A DNA stretch of 64,000 nt from the human T2T-CHM13v2.0 reference genome, Homo sapiens (GCF_009914755.1 NC_060934.1); one strand, 5' to 3'. Counted from the stretch's first letter, positions 16,376 to 40,078 are shown. The notes: generated from the letters alone by a model not told the origin. A program made the numbers and translations.

Positions 16376-17201
16376 TACAGTGGTATATAGTTTTACTAAA
16401 ATTACATTATATTATGATGGCTTCTTTATATAACTGTTTTTCTCTATAGATTATAATCTCCTAAAGTTTGGGGACTATGCCTCTTGCTTATATATTCTCA
16501 ATGCCTGAAACACATTATAAAGTCAATGAATGACTGTCGAATGAGTATTTTGAGGAAAAATAGAAGAACCCATGAGAAAATCGATGGGAAGCCTACCAGG
16601 CCACTTTGGAGGTAGGAAAATAAAATTCTAGATATATTAATAGACATGTATTACTCACATACAAGTGAGAAATGACAATAATTATATATTTCTCCTAGGA
16701 TTCATGATACTCAAAATGAACATTTCTTGCTTTAAAGTTAGAAGTCCACCAAACAGACATTTTTATGTCTCAAGGGACATTTTAATTTATAGATTTATAG
16801 CTCTTAAAATTAAATATGACCTCAAGGGAACAAGTATTCTGTCTTCAGGCAGAACATTTTCTGTTATTAACCTATTCAGGAAAAAAAAAAAAACAACTGA
16901 GACTAAAATAAATTAAAAGGATTGAAAAAATGTATAAGGACATATCACCGGTAAATGGTATAGTGGAACTTAGAAACCTGCAGTGTTCTTTCCACTATAT
17001 TCTACTATGGCGCATCCAGTATTTATCAAAGGTCATATTATTCAACAGAATGGTACCTGACTCTTAGTATAGTAACCGAAATCATATATGTATACTGGAA
17101 TCTAATTACCATTTTGAAAGCATGAAGGGTAACATTTTTAGTTATGTTTAGTTTTGTTATATTCTCTTAGAACAGACTCATTTCAATAACTGGAGACAAC
17201 T

Positions 17202-17523
17202 GGCAGGGCACAGTGGCTCACACCCATAATCCCAGGAGGCTTAGGCAGGTGGATCACTTGAGGTCAGGAGTTCGCGACCAGCCTGGCCAACATGGTGAAA
17301 CCCCATCTCTACTAAAAACACAAAAATTAGCCAGGCATGGTGGTGCACACCTGTAATCCCAGCTACACAGGAGGCTGAGGCAGAAGAATCACTTGAACCC
17401 AGGAGGCGGAGGTTGCAGTGAGCTGAGATCGCGCCACTGCACTCCTGCCTGGGTGACACAGCGAGACTCCGACTCAAATAAATAAATAAATAAATAAATA
17501 ATAAAATAAATAAATAAATAAAT
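17202..17523 (+). mobile_element. AluSx with (AAAT)n tail
   Basis: Alu body plus (AATA)n tail. Confidence 0.92.
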
Positions 17524-18670
17524 ACATGGAGACGATCTAGTCTTATGCTCTGTTTTTAAGAAAGAAAAAACTGAGACCTACAAAACTTGAAAAAATTTTC
17601 TTAAGTTCACAAGGTAATCAAAGACAGGGCTAGAGTAAGACCTTAACAATTTTAGCCCAATAATCCACTGTCAGTTTTTTGGGTTAGAAATACAAGTGTT
17701 AAATTGTCACTGACAATGAACATACATATATATTGTATCATAGTTATGTGATGATAAACATATCAAGCCAAATTGCTGAAGTGGGATACCTCTGAATAGT
17801 TCCATAAAATTAAGGTAGGATTATAATTTTAGGTGTCAGAACAGTCATGACAAGGCTTGAAAATTCTAAAGATCAGGATAAGTGATTTTTATCCTGGAAA
17901 ATAATTTCCTTTACAGTTTTGTTATATTATCTAGTAGCAAAGTCCTAGACATAAACCAGGTGCACAGAAAATATTAATACATGTTAAATTGAAAAAACTA
18001 CCACGGTCGGTAGTTTCAAATATTAGTCACTAACAAGAGAAGGTCTGTGTAATTTACAGAAAAGGGATAAGAATGCAGGCAGGGAAAACATAATAAAGAG
18101 GAGTAATTTGTAAATCATGACAATTTTAAAAACAAGTGTTATTTAGGTCTTTATTAATCTCTGCCACTTCAAAGAGACTTGAACTGAAGTCTGCAAAATC
18201 ACAAGCGAAATCTATTAGAGGAGCTTTTTAGGAGAAAACTAAAACTTAGATGAATTATGAGCTTAAGAGCTGCTTTTTGGTAAAGGCAGTAAATAACCAG
18301 ATCTCCTTATGACCAGTGGTATACATCTGTAAGATGGTTCCTAGGATGGGATAAGGAAAGTGATGTCAAAAGTATAAAAACCAGTCTCACACATGGATCA
18401 AACCACAGCATGACACCATTGATGATGCTCATATATGTGTGCCCACCCATTTAACTACATTTTTACATAGGGTAGTTTAGTGTTTTTTCCTAACTTAACA
18501 TTTAGTCCGATTTTTCTATCACTGATGAGTATTTTCCTTAATCTCAATAAAAAGTTATTGTCATATTTTCTTCCTTCAATAAAAAGTTATTGTCATATTT
18601 TCTTCCTTCCGTATTCATTCTATGTCTTAAAATTTCTGGCTTCTGATATGCTTTTTACTTACATATAAAC

Positions 18671-18897
18671 CAAGGGTGTCCAATCTTTTGGCTTCCCTGG
18701 GCCACAGTGGAAGAAGAGTTGTCTTGGGTCAGACATAAAATACACTAATGCTAACAATAGCTGACCAGCTTAAAAAAAAAAAAAAAGCAGAAAAATCCCA
18801 CAATGTTTGAAGAAAGTTTATGACTTTGTGTTGGGCCACGTTCAAAGCTGTCCTGGGCCGCATCCAGTCTGTGGGCATCATGGGTTGGACAAGCTTA
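18671..18897 (+). mobile_element. MER30 hAT-Charlie non-autonomous DNA transposon
   Basis: Terminal inverted repeats CAAGGGTGTCCAA...TTGGACAAGCTT and a perfect 8-bp TSD ATATAAAC (18663-18670, 18898-18905). Confidence 0.92.
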
Positions 18898-19794
18898 ATA
18901 TAAACTATATCAGTCTATATAGTTCTTTTAATTTGAATAATAAAAAAATAAAGTGCACTGTTACTCTTTCATGTGTTTCAATACATGAGAATAAAAACTA
19001 GATACAATAAATGTATCAACAGGTAAAAACATATGGACAAATTCCTTGAGTATCTTAGCATACACTGCCTGACACATAGCAGGCTTACAATAATTATGTT
19101 GAATGAATGACTGGTTGATTAGCAGAATGAATGACAGAAAGAAACAGGAAGATTCTAGGCATTCTGAGAGGGGCAGGAATTTACCACTAAACAGTTCTTC
19201 TGGCATGTAACCATACAGACTAAATTCACTTGCTCTTCTGAAGGAATACTAAAGCTTCCATTCAATAACAGTAGCAGTATTAAGAGCGGCTGTCATACCC
19301 CACACCAAAAACTAGGCTAGGCAAGAAGAGTATATTATCTGAGAGAGGGATTTCAGACAGAGTTTGTTCTCAATACTAAATGCACTTCAAGTGTGAGAGT
19401 TCTATAAACGTTATTTACAGGTATACAAACATGCGGTGAATAACAGAGACTACTAGTGTCTCGAAACAGGAAAAGTTTGGCAACACAGGATGGTGGAAAT
19501 ACATTTGAGTACACGAAGTAAGGCTGTATAAGTTGAAGACATATATTAAGGTCCTAGAAAATAACAGTATTTAACAAATGTCAGCCCTGTGTTACTGAAC
19601 TGCTAAACAGTCCTCTGGAGAGAGATGGACGGTGATGGAAGTCTTATCTGTTTTCTACAGCCTGGGCAAACCACACTGCTCCCATCCAGCCCCCACTTCC
19701 TACCCAGTTCACAAGGCTGTCACAAACCTGCCCTTATTCTTTTATTTTTAATTGTGGTAAATCATACATAACATAAAATTTGACATTTTAACTA

Positions 19795-20109
<315 letters not shown>

Positions 20110-20986
20110 AACTATTTTAAAGTATACAATTTTAAGTGCACCATTCAGTGGCATTAAGTACATTCATATTGTTGTACAAGCCATCACCACTGTCCATCTC
20201 TAGAACCTTCTCATCATCCCAAACTGAAACTCTATACTTATTAAACAATAACCCCCTGTCTCTAGTCTCTGGAAAACACATATTTGCATTGTGTCTCTAC
20301 AGATTTACTTATTCTGGATATTTCATAAACATGGAATTATATCATGTGGCCCTTTGCTTCTGACTTCTTTCAGTGTTCATCCCCAGTGTAGCATCTACCA
20401 GTCTTTTTTTTAACAAATGAATAACGTTCCGTTGTATGTATATAGCATAGTTAGTCAATCTAGTGATGAACATCTGGGCTCCTTCCACCTCTTGGCTACT
20501 GTGAATGGTGCTGCTCTGAACATGGCTGTAAGTGTTATTTGTTTAGCATCTGTTTTCAGTTCCTTTGAGTGTACACCTATGAGCGGAATTGCTGGGTCAT
20601 ATGGTAACTCTATGTTTAACTTTTTAAGAAACCACCAACCTATTTTAAAAAGCAGCTGAGACATTTTACATTCTCACTAGCAATGTATGAGGATTCAATT
20701 TTCTCCATGCCTTCACATTTCTTTTTTTCTGTTGTTATTGTTATAGCAATTCTAGTGGGTTTGCAGTGCTATCTTATGTGGTTTTGATTTTCATTTCCCC
20801 AATGATTGGTGATGTTGAATACCTTTTCATGTGACTACTGAACATGAGTAAATCTTCTCTGGAGAAATGTCTACTAAAATCCTTTGCTCATCTTTGAACT
20901 GAGTTATGTTGTTGTTATTGAGTTGGACTTCTTTATATATTGTGGTTATTAATCCCCTTATCAGATAGATGATAGAAAACATATCG

Positions 20987-21488
<502 letters not shown>

Positions 21489-22417
21489 CATTTTCAGTCT
21501 CTTCATGGTATCCTTTGATATACAAAAGTTTTTAATTTTGATGAAATCTAAGTTATCTATCTTTCTTTTGTTGCCCAAGCTTTTGCTGTCATATACACGA
21601 AAACTTGCCAATTGCAATGTCAAGAAGCTTTCCTTCTATGTTTTCTTCTACTAGTTTTATAATTTTAGCTCTTACATTTATATCTTTGACCCATTTTTGT
21701 AAATTTTTCTATATACTATAACGTAATAGTCCAATTTCACTCTTTTGTAAGAGGATATTCAGTTTTCCCACCACCATTTGTGGAAAAGACTGTCTTCTCC
21801 ACACTGAATGATCTTGGTAGCCTTGTTGAACATGTTTGACCATATATGCAAGGATTTATATCTAGGCTTTCTATTCTATTTTATTGGTCTACATATCTGT
21901 CTGTATGTCAGTACCACACCATTTTGAGTATTGTAGCTTTGTAGTAAGTTGCAAAAATCAGGAAGTATGAGTTCTCCAACTCTGTTCTTGTTCAAGTTTT
22001 TTTTTTTTTCCTTTTGGATCCCTTGAGATTCAATTTTGATGGGGACTGCACCGAATATGATTGCCCTGGGTAGTATTGTCATTTTAATAACATTAAGTCT
22101 TCCAATCCATGAACATAAGACGGTTTTCCATTTATTTAAGTTTTCTTTAATTTCTTTCAGCAATGTTTGGACGTTTTCAGTGTTACTTCATTCATTTCTA
22201 TGATGAAGTAACTTCAAAGTCACTTTGTCCAGTTACTACCACTTGCTTACTGGAGGTCAGTTTCCTCCCTCCCCAGTGTCTGCCTTGGGGTTATATAATT
22301 TGTATCATGCTATCCACTCTTTTCCCATTGGACATTAGGTTTCCAAGATTTACCCATATTGATACATATAGTTTTAGTTTTAGTTTCATTCATTTTAACT
22401 GCAAGGTAGTATTCCAC

Positions 22418-22842
22418 TGTGTCTTCATTTCCTAGGGCTGCCATAAAAAAATACCACAAATTAAGTGGTTTAAAATAACAGAAATTTATGCTGTTACAGT
22501 TCAGGAGGTTAGAAGTCAGAAATCAAGGTTTTGGCAGGGTTAGTTCCTTTTGGAGGCTCTGAGGGAGAATCTGTTCCACAACTCTCTCCTCGTCAGCAAT
22601 CCTTGGTGTTCTGCGGCTTGCAGCTGCATTACTCCAACCTCTGCTGCGTCATCATATGGCCTTTTTCCTTGTGGATGCTTCTGTGTGACTTCTCTTTTTA
22701 GAAAGATACCAGTTGTTGCATTTAGGGCCCATTCTAATCTAGCATGACCTAATCTTAACTAAGACCCTATTCCCAAATAATATCATATTCTGAAGTTCTA
22801 AGTGGACATGGATTTGTTTGGGATACTATTCAACCCACTATA
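22418..22842 (-). mobile_element. MLT1C-like MaLR LTR
   Basis: TTTCCTAGGGCTGCCATAA...TACCACAAA...GGCTCTGAGGGAGAATCTGTTCC...ATACTATTCAACCCACTA. Confidence 0.82.
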
Positions 22843-24019
22843 CATTGATGACTACATATAATTTATTCATCATTATTCTCCTTTTGGACTCTTAGGTTGT
22901 TTAAAATTTTTCACTACTAGCATGCTGCAATGAACATCTTTTAAATAATTCTTTGCTTATATGTGTGTTTCTCTAGTGAATGCATTTAGAGGTGGAATTT
23001 CTGACAGGATATGGGCATCTTCAACTTTACAATTAGATATTGTCAAATTACTCTCCAAAGGAATTTTATTAATTTACTTCCCCATCAGCGTCAATGAGAG
23101 AACCTCTTTTTCCTCCATATAATTGCCAACATCTAATTTTGACTTTGCCAGATGTATACTTTGTTATTACTGCAAAACAAACAACTGAAAATCTCAGTGT
23201 ATAAAACAATAAGCAATGTATTTATCATATGAGATGGCTGATCTAGGCTGGGGTCTGCTAGAGTAGTGCAGCCAGATCACTTATATCCCATGTGCCCAGC
23301 TAGGCACTATTATGATACTCATTTAACAGATCAGAAACTTAGAATCAAAAAATAAGGCAACTTTCCTAATGTCTAATAGCAAATGAGTAACCATTTACAA
23401 GCCAGATATCCAGATAATGTTGAATAAAAGGAAATTAAGGTATTATTTTCATGTTCATGATTTTTAAGTGAATGCTTCAAATATTTTACAAGTTAATGTA
23501 CAGAGTTTCACCTATTGGCAGCGGGGTGTACTGGATGTTGAATTCTGTTGAATACATACTTGATTATGACAGACTTAAAGTCTTAAGATCAAAAAATTTA
23601 AACATATGATAGAAGTAGAACCAATAACATAATAAATCCTCATGTACCCATCACCCAGCTTCAACGATTATTAATTCATAATCAATCTTGTTCCATGGCT
23701 ATCACCATCTACTTCCTCCCTCCATATTACTTTAAAGCAAATCTAAAACATTAGAAAATAACTTTTTGAAACTCAGTAACATTTTTGGAAGGATTTTTGT
23801 AACTAAGTTCATATGCAATACTGACCTACACTTTTTCTTTTTCATGATACACATATTTAATTTTGAAATTATAATTTACATTTGCCTCATAAAAGAACTT
23901 CAGGAATTTTTTCTCTATATATATCAGAATAATCCATATAAGGCAGGTTATCTGCTCCTTGAAAGTGTGGTAATTGTGTATATTTTCTTGCCATGTATAA
24001 AGCTGGGGTTGTTGTTTGA

Positions 24020-24685
<666 letters not shown>

Positions 24686-24689
24686 ATCC

Positions 24690-26120
24690 CTTTACTTTCA
24701 ACCTTTCAGTGACATTATGCTTTAAATGTCTCTCCTGTAAATAACATATGGCTGGATTTCATTCTTTTAATTTGACAATATTTGTTATTTAACTGGTAAT
24801 TATAGCCTATTTTCATTTATTGTGATTGAAATATTTGGATTTATTCCTTATCTTAATTTATGCCATTTACCATGTGCTTTCTTTTATTCTTTCTCTTTTC
24901 ATATGTTCTTTCAGACTGGTAAAGTTTTCTTGCTCATGATCCTCTCTCAATTGGCTTGGAAGTTCTACATTCTAGCTACAGTAATGAATATCCAATATTT
25001 TTTAAACAATCACTAACAAATCTAAAGTAAATCCATATCTATCCCCCTCCCATTAAATACAAGAATCCTAAAATGTTTCTGATTTTTTTCTCCCATCTTC
25101 TAAGTGTTGCTGTCATGTATTTTAGTTTTAGTTTGTTTTACCTTGCTCTAAACTAGTCACCATTATTACAATACTTGCTTTTACAGTCAATGCTTTAGAT
25201 TTATCAACATGATTTCCCTGTTTTGTCACAACTTTTTCTCACTACCCTCTCTTTTTTTCTACATTCAATTTTCTTCTTGCTGAAGCACATCCTTAAGTAG
25301 ACTTCATGGTAAGGGTCCATGAGTGGCAAACTGCTAGGCCTTAGTTTGTTTGAAAATATCTTTATTTTATTCCTACTTTCAACTAATACTTTAACAATAC
25401 ATAAAATGCTAAGTTGACAATGATTTCCCTCAGCACTTTGAGGATATTTTCCTACTTTCTTCTGATATTTTTTGTTGCAGATGAGAAGGTAATTGGTAGT
25501 ATAACTGGCGTTCCTTTGTTTTCTCTCTGTGGTTAGTTTTAAGATTTTCTATTTGCTTTAATGTTCAACAGTTTCTCCTTGATTTGTTTAGAGGTAGACT
25601 GTTTTTATTCATCCTGTTCAGTATACTATGTACTACTCAAATACAAAGATTTCTCTTTCTTACCAATTCTGAAAAATCTGTCTTTTTAAAAAATTATAAT
25701 ACTGCATTTCTCATTCTTTCTTTCTGAAATGTATTAAACATTCTATCTTTAGTGTCTCTTAACTATTCCTATATTTTCCATCCTTATCTGTTGGTTCTAC
25801 ATTCTGGATGATTTGACCAGATCATCTTCTAACTCATGAATTCTCATTTTAGAAGTTCAATTCAAACATTTTTTAAAATGGTTTAACCAAAAACAAAAAA
25901 CTCAGTGAACATTTCATTTCTAAAAGTTCTTTTTTTCATATCCTGTCATGTTCTTTCACTATGGTTTTATTCCTACTTTTATCTCTTTAATCATTATAGA
26001 AATGCTGAGTTTTGTGGTCTCTTTCAGATTGGTTTTCTTATCTCTTATTCTTGTAATGCCAATTTTCTTCTTTGTTGCATCTGCTGACTACCCTCAAAGT
26101 TTATGAGTTTTAATAGTGGG
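24690..26120 (-). mobile_element. Old L1M fragments
   Basis: T-rich L1 antisense motifs (TTTCAACCTTTC, TTGTTTGAAAATATCTTTATTTT, CAGCACTTTGAGGATATT). Confidence 0.6.
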
Positions 26121-26541
26121 CACATCTTTACTGGGTGGGGTAGTGGGGGTGGTCTTTGTTTTTCCTTCTGTGACAGTTCCAAAAACCCTGTTTGGGGTAA
26201 GCCTAAAGAATAGTTTTTGCTCTGGCCTCTGTCAGGTGCCCAGAGATTTCAATGGTTCTAGAACACAGGATTTTCTCATTCTCCTTTCACAGAAGGGTAG
26301 CCCTTTGAGAGCAGGCTAGAGGCTCAGTTCCAGCTGCCTCTGGACTCAAAGGCACAATTTCTGCCCCAAGTGGGTATTAAAACCCCAGGCACTAACACTT
26401 ATATTCTGTGGTGTCAGTTTCTGCTAATACTCTGGTTTTGAGCTATTGTTACTGGTACCAAAACTAGATTTACTTTTCATTCTTTTAATCTATACTATGA
26501 TTACTTTTGTTGTTACTGTTGTTGTTCTTAATACTTAATCT

Positions 26542-26864
<323 letters not shown>

Positions 26865-28189
26865 TCATTCATATCAGCTCAGTCTGTTAGGTGGCCAGAA
26901 ATCTCCCAAGGAAGCCTTCTCAAGGATTGATACATTTACTCTTATGTCTATAACATAATATCCGCTTTAGGTAGATATATATATAAAACTTAGGTGGATA
27001 CCATAGTCATCCTGTGATTTCCAGGTGCAATGAAGAAAATTTAGAATTGACATAGGATATAAGAAAATGATCTGAAGTAGAACAAGCAATGACAGAAAAC
27101 GAAGGAAAATAAAAATCTAAGGAAAAAGAATAACATAGCATATATAAGGCATAAAAATACATGTAAATTCTCACAGTCTAGATTTCATAACTGCTGACGT
27201 TTTGCCATATTTGTTTTATCTCCTGCAACATTCCACTTTTTCATGTCCTATTTTAAGTCACAGTAATCTTCTCATTCTCCTTACTTTGGGAATATTCCTT
27301 TTCTGGTTCTGATTCCTCAATTTCTCTCCTAGATGTTTTTCTTCTATGTGCTTCCCTGGTTTTAGCCATCAAATGTATGTCAAGGTCCCCAGTAGTTACA
27401 TCTCTAGTTCTGATTTCTTAAATTCTACATTAACAACTATCTGCTGAATGTTTCCTGATGTATGTCCCATTTGCATCATAAACTTAGCACATACCAAACT
27501 GATTACATATCATTCTCTCTGCCAAACTATCACCTCCTAACCATGCCCCATATTTTTTTAATGGTAACTGTCTCTTCCAATCACCAAGTAGGCATTTTTA
27601 CTTCTTCCTCCTCCTTATTGCATTATCCAATCAACTGATTTCTTGAATCCTGAACATTCAAGATTTGTCCAGTCTCTCCCCTGGTCTCTATTTCTGTTAG
27701 CTACTTCACTCAGGAATTTATTATCTCTTACTAAGACTATTGCAAAAATCTTCTAATGGGTCCTTCTCTTCCCTTTGATCTTATATACTTTTGCAGTGAA
27801 ATATTTCTAATATGTGGACAACATCACTTCACCTTCTGTATGATTTAAACACTCTAACCTCTCATTCAAGATCTATGATTTGGCTGCGACCTACTTTTAC
27901 AAACATATTTTCTCTTTATCATTTCAAGAATCCTTTGACCCAGCTAAACTAAATTACTCACTGTTCCTGATGATATGCTCTGAGTAGTTCTGTCTCAAGA
28001 GTGATTTATTCCTTAGTTTCTGGAATGTTTTCCCCACCCCACTTCTAAATCTTTCATAAAAATTTTTGGTTTTTTCCTAGGTGGAAGTAATCTTGCCATC
28101 TGCTAAACTGCAATAGTACTTTAAACCTCTCACAAAGTACACCTCAAAATATGCTTATTTAGCTCTTTGTCTGACCTTTTCAACTACAT

Positions 28190-28762
<573 letters not shown>

Positions 28763-29015
28763 ATATTCAGGACAAAATTCAGTATGTCTTATTTATCACT
28801 GTACCACCCACTCACACTCTTCCACCAGCAGATAGATGGCAACTGTTTTTTATTAAAAAAATTACCACCAACAAAATACTATATAATGTAAAGCATTATA
28901 CAACCAAATACAAGATTAAGTGGCACAGAAATGTGCTACTAGAAATCAGACAGGGGAAAGATCACTGTAGGGTAAGTTTGTAAAAAAAAATACTTTATGA
29001 AAGAGGGGTTCCCCA

Positions 29016-29820
<805 letters not shown>

Positions 29821-30149
29821 TGCCAAGTTAGTTGTTTGATTAGGTAAACAAAGCAGCCAGGAAGCTCGAACAGGGTGGAGCCCACCACAGCTCAAGGACG
29901 CCTGCCTACCTCTGTAGGCTCCACCTCTGGGGACAGGGCATAGACAAACAAAAAGACAGCAGTAACCTCTGCAGACTTAAATGTCCCACTCTGACACCTT
30001 TGAAGAGAGTAGTGGTTCTCCCAGCACGCAGCTTGAGATCTGAGAATGGGCAGACTGCCTCCTCAAGTGGGTCCCTGATCCCCGAGAAGCCTGTCTGGGA
30101 GGCACCCCCCAGTAGGGGCGGAATGACACCTCACACAGCCGGGTACTCC

Positions 30150-30277
30150 TCTGAGACAAAACTTCCAGAGGAACGATCAGACAGCAGCGTCTGGGGTTCA
30201 CCAATATCCGCTGTTCTGCAGCCACCGCTGCTGATACCCAGGCAAACAGGGTCTGGAGTGGACCTCCAGCAAACTCC
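30150..30277 (+). promoter_or_regulatory. ~129-bp L1 5' UTR segment carrying the ZNF93-binding site (deleted in younger L1PA3-L1HS)
   Basis: The sequence between two CTCC repeats (TCTGAGACAAAACTTCCAGAGG...CTGCAGCCACCGCTGCTG...CAGCAAA) is present, whereas L1HS joins GGGTATTCC directly to AACAGACCTGCAG. Confidence 0.75.
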
Positions 30278-30402
30278 AACAGACCTGCAGCTGAGGGTCC
30301 TGTCTGTTAGAAGGAAAACTAACAAACAGAAAGGACATCCACACCAAAAACCCATCTGTACGTCACCATCATGAAAGACCAAAGGTAGATAAAACCACAA
30401 AG

Positions 30403-31419
30403 ATGGGAAAAAAACAGAGCAGAAAAACTGGAAACTTTAAAAATCAGAGCACCTCTCCTCCTCCAAAGGAATGCAGCTCCTCACCAGCAAGGGAACAAAG
30501 CTGGATGGAGAATGACTTTGATGAGTTGAGAGAAGAAGGCTTCAGACGATCAAACTACTCCGAGCTAAAGGAGGAAATTCGAACCAACGGCAAAGAAGTT
30601 AAAAGCTTTGAAAAAAATTAGACGAATGGATAACTAGAATAACCAATGCAGTGAAGTCCTTAAAGGACCTGATGGAGCTGAAAACCAACACACGAGAGCT
30701 ACGTGACGAATGCAGAAGCCTCAGTAGCCGATGCGATCAACTGGAAGAAAGGGTATCAGAGATGGAAGACGAACTGAATGAAATGAAGCGAGAAGAGAAG
30801 TTTACATAAAAAAGAATGAAAAGAAACGAACAAAGCCTCCAAGAAATATGGGACCATGTGAAAAGACCAAGTCTACGTCTGATTGGCGTACCTGAAAGTG
30901 ACAGGGAGAATGGAACCAAGTTGGAAAACACTCTGCAGGATACTGTCCAGGAGAACTTCCCCAATCTAGCAAGGCAGGCCACCATTCAAATTCAGGAAAT
31001 ACAGAGAACACCACAAAGATACTCCTTGAGAAGACCAACTCCAAGACACATAATTGTCACATTCACCAAAGTTGAAATGAAGGAAAAAATGTTAAGGGCA
31101 GCCAGAGAGAAAGGTCGGGTTACCCACAAAGGGAAGCCCATCAGACTAACAGCGGATCTCTCGGCAGAAACTCTACAAGCCAGAAGACAGCGGGGGCCAA
31201 TATTCGACATTCTTAAAGAAAAGAATTTTTAACCCAGAATTTCATATCCAGCCAAACTAAGCTTCATAAGTGAAGGAGAAATAAAATCCTTTACAGACAA
31301 GCAAATGCTGAGAGATTTTGTCACCACCAGGCCTGCCCTAAAAGAACTCCTGAAGGCAGCACTAAACATGGAAAGGAACAACCAGTACCAGCCACTGCAA
31401 AAAACATGCCAAACTGTAA
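30403..31419 (+). pseudogene. L1 ORF1p, disrupted
   Basis: MGKKQSRKTGN... start, a frameshift near 30615, and further stops (ORF pieces 30403-30621, 30816-31232). Confidence 0.93.
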
Positions 31420-31482
31420 AGACCATCAAGGCTAGGAAGAAACTGCATCAACTAACGAGCAACATAACCAGCTAACATCATA

Positions 31483-37075
<5,593 letters not shown>

Positions 37076-38403
37076 ACAATGAGAACACATGGACACAGGA
37101 AGGGGAACATCACACACCTGGGACTGTTGTGGGGTGGGGGGAGGGGGGAGGGACAGTATTAGGAGATATACCTAATGCTAAATGATGAGTTAATGGGTGC
37201 AGCACACCAACATGGCACATGTATACATATGTAACGAAACTGCATGTTGTGCACATGTACCCTAAAACTTAAAGTATAATAAGAATTAAAAAAAAAAAAC
37301 CTCATGTGAGAGAAGCAAATAGGATGAACTGACAGGATAATAGCGAAGAAAGTATTAGCAGGCATGAGATAATAAGAGATTGGACTAGGATGGTAGCACT
37401 GAGGGATTTCCAAGGAAGAGATGAAAACACAGAGAGGTAGGGCCAGGATAAACTGGACTTGTAAAACAAGAAGTTTTTTAAAAAGCGTATATAATTCTGA
37501 GTCTATGGTATTGTCAGAATAAGTTACAAGTACAGATATGAGAAAGTTGGGAGAATTAAGTTCAGTTTTACCTATGTTGAATTTCAGGTACACTGAACGC
37601 CATCTTATGGCAAGGTCCTGTAGATAGCTATAAAGAATAGGCAAGAGGTTTTAAAGATGTAAATTGAGAAGTCCTCAGGATAGAATGAAATGAAATGAGG
37701 CACAAATGAACTGGCAGGAGTAAATATGGAGGATGAACAGAGGATGACGGAGTACAGTTTGTGAGAAAATTCCACCTCTGCCTTCCCATAATTAAGGATG
37801 GTCTCTAATAAAATTAATAGTCTAATTATCAAAAACTATCAATGAATGTTCTGATAAGGGATATACATAATCTCAAAAATTAGGAACAGTAAAATCTACT
37901 ATCTCTCTAGTGATAATATAAACTTCATGAGAGCAGGGGTCATTATGTTCTCAAATGTATCCCCTGTGCTTAGTTCAGTACCTTATACATAGTAGTCAAC
38001 AGATTTCTTATTAGTTGAATAAATAAAAAGCAGCGAAAAGTATGCTTGTGGATGAAAAGAGTATCGATATTGAATACCTAGGATGGTGTGCATATATTAA
38101 GCAAAAAGCCAGCATCAGAGGTATAAAATCCTTGAAAACAAATATTATTTGGAATTGAGGAAAAATGTCTCATGAATTGAAATTTAAGTTGGAATTAGAG
38201 GAAGTATGTATGATTATTGGAATAAGCTTAATTCTATTTTTCGTCACATACATGTATATATTAGTAAAATGATCCAAAACATTTATTTAGCTAACTTTGT
38301 AATCTCTGTGAAGTCCCAGCTTTTAGGTAAAGAGCTAATTTTTAAATTCAAATCAAAGAATGCAGTGCTGACTTCTAATAATCAAAATCCCAGATTTAAT
38401 TAG

Positions 38404-38724
<321 letters not shown>

Positions 38725-38776
38725 TACTTAGAGATTTTCTTAATGACCTCAAAATTCAGAAATGATTTTACAATCT

Positions 38777-39438
38777 TTTTTTTTTTTTTTAAGAGGAAGT
38801 CTCACTCTGTCATCCAGGCTGAAGTGCAGTGGTGTGATCTCAGCTCCCTGCCACCTCAGGCTCCTGGGTTCATGCAATTCTTGTGCCTCAGTGATATGGT
38901 TTGGCTGTGTCCTCACACAAATCTCACCTTGAATTGTAATAATCCCCACCTGTCAAGGGCAGGGTGAGGTGGAGATAACTGAATCACAGGGGGAGTTTCC
39001 CCCATACTGTTCTCATGGTAGTGAGTAAGTCTTACAAGATCTGATGGTTTTATAAATGGGAGTTCCTCAGCACAAGCTCTCTTGCCTGCTGCCATGTAAG
39101 ATGTGTCTTTGCTTCTCTTTTGCCTTCCACCATGATTATGAGACCTCCCCAGCCAAGTGGAACTGTAAGTCAATTAAACCTCTTTCCTTTATAAATTATC
39201 CATTCTCGATTATGTCTTTATTAGCAGCATGAAAATGGACCAATATACTCAGTCTCCCGAGTAGCTGGGATTACAGCTGTGCGCCACCACACCTGGCTAA
39301 TTTTTTTTTTTTGTATTTTTAGTACAGGTTGGGTTTCACAACGTTGCCCAGGCTGGTCTCGAATCCTGGCCTCAAGTGATCCACCCACCTCAGGCTCCCA
39401 AAATGTTGGGATTACAGGCATGAGCCACTGTGCCTGGC
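38777..39438 (-). mobile_element. Old Alu (AluJ-like) split by a THE1 LTR
   Basis: The Alu right arm stops at GCCTCAG (38891) and resumes CTCAGTCTCCCGAGTAGCTGGG at 39248. Confidence 0.88.
38892..39247 (+). mobile_element. THE1 (THE1C-like) MaLR solo LTR
   Basis: TGATATGGTTTGGCTGTGTCC...TTTATTAGCAGCATGAAAATGGACCAATATA, 356 bp, perfect 5-bp TSD CTCAG. Confidence 0.93.
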
Positions 39439-39785
39439 CCAATCTTACTGTCATTGGACAGTACTTCATCTGTGCAGTCTTGAGTTATGTAAGGAGACAT
39501 GAATATTAAGATTTTTAGAAGTACATAGAGAATAATGGCAAGCTAAAAAGTTTCGGGCAGAGACACACCAGTAAAGAGACTATACTGCAATTAAAAACTA
39601 TTATTCAACTTTGCATTTTTGATCCTATTAATCATTTTGAAACATATGTTGATTTTCAACTCAGTTTGTTTAGTTTACTAATACATCCACAATAGTCTAC
39701 CCCACCACCACCCCATTAGAATAGGTATTAAAGATACTATCATTTAAGAGGAAAAATGGCTGTTTTTTTAAAAAAATAGATTTTT

Positions 39786-40078
39786 GGCTGTGCACAGTGA
39801 CTCACGCCTGCAATCCCAACACTTTGGGAGGCCAAGGTGGGAGGATCAATTGAACGTGAGCTCAATACCAGCCTTGGCAACATAAGAGACCCTGTCTCTG
39901 CAAAAAAATTTTAAAAATTAGGCATGGTGGTGCCTACCTGTAGCCCAAGCTACCCAGGAGGCTGGAGCAGGAGGACTGCTTGTGCACAGGAGGTGCCACT
40001 GCTTGGCTGCAGTGAGCCTAGATCATGCCAATGCACTCCAGCCTGGGTGACAGAGTATGAGACTCTGTCTCAAAAAAT
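39786..40078 (+). mobile_element. AluJ-like
   Basis: Diverged full-length Alu. Confidence 0.85.
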
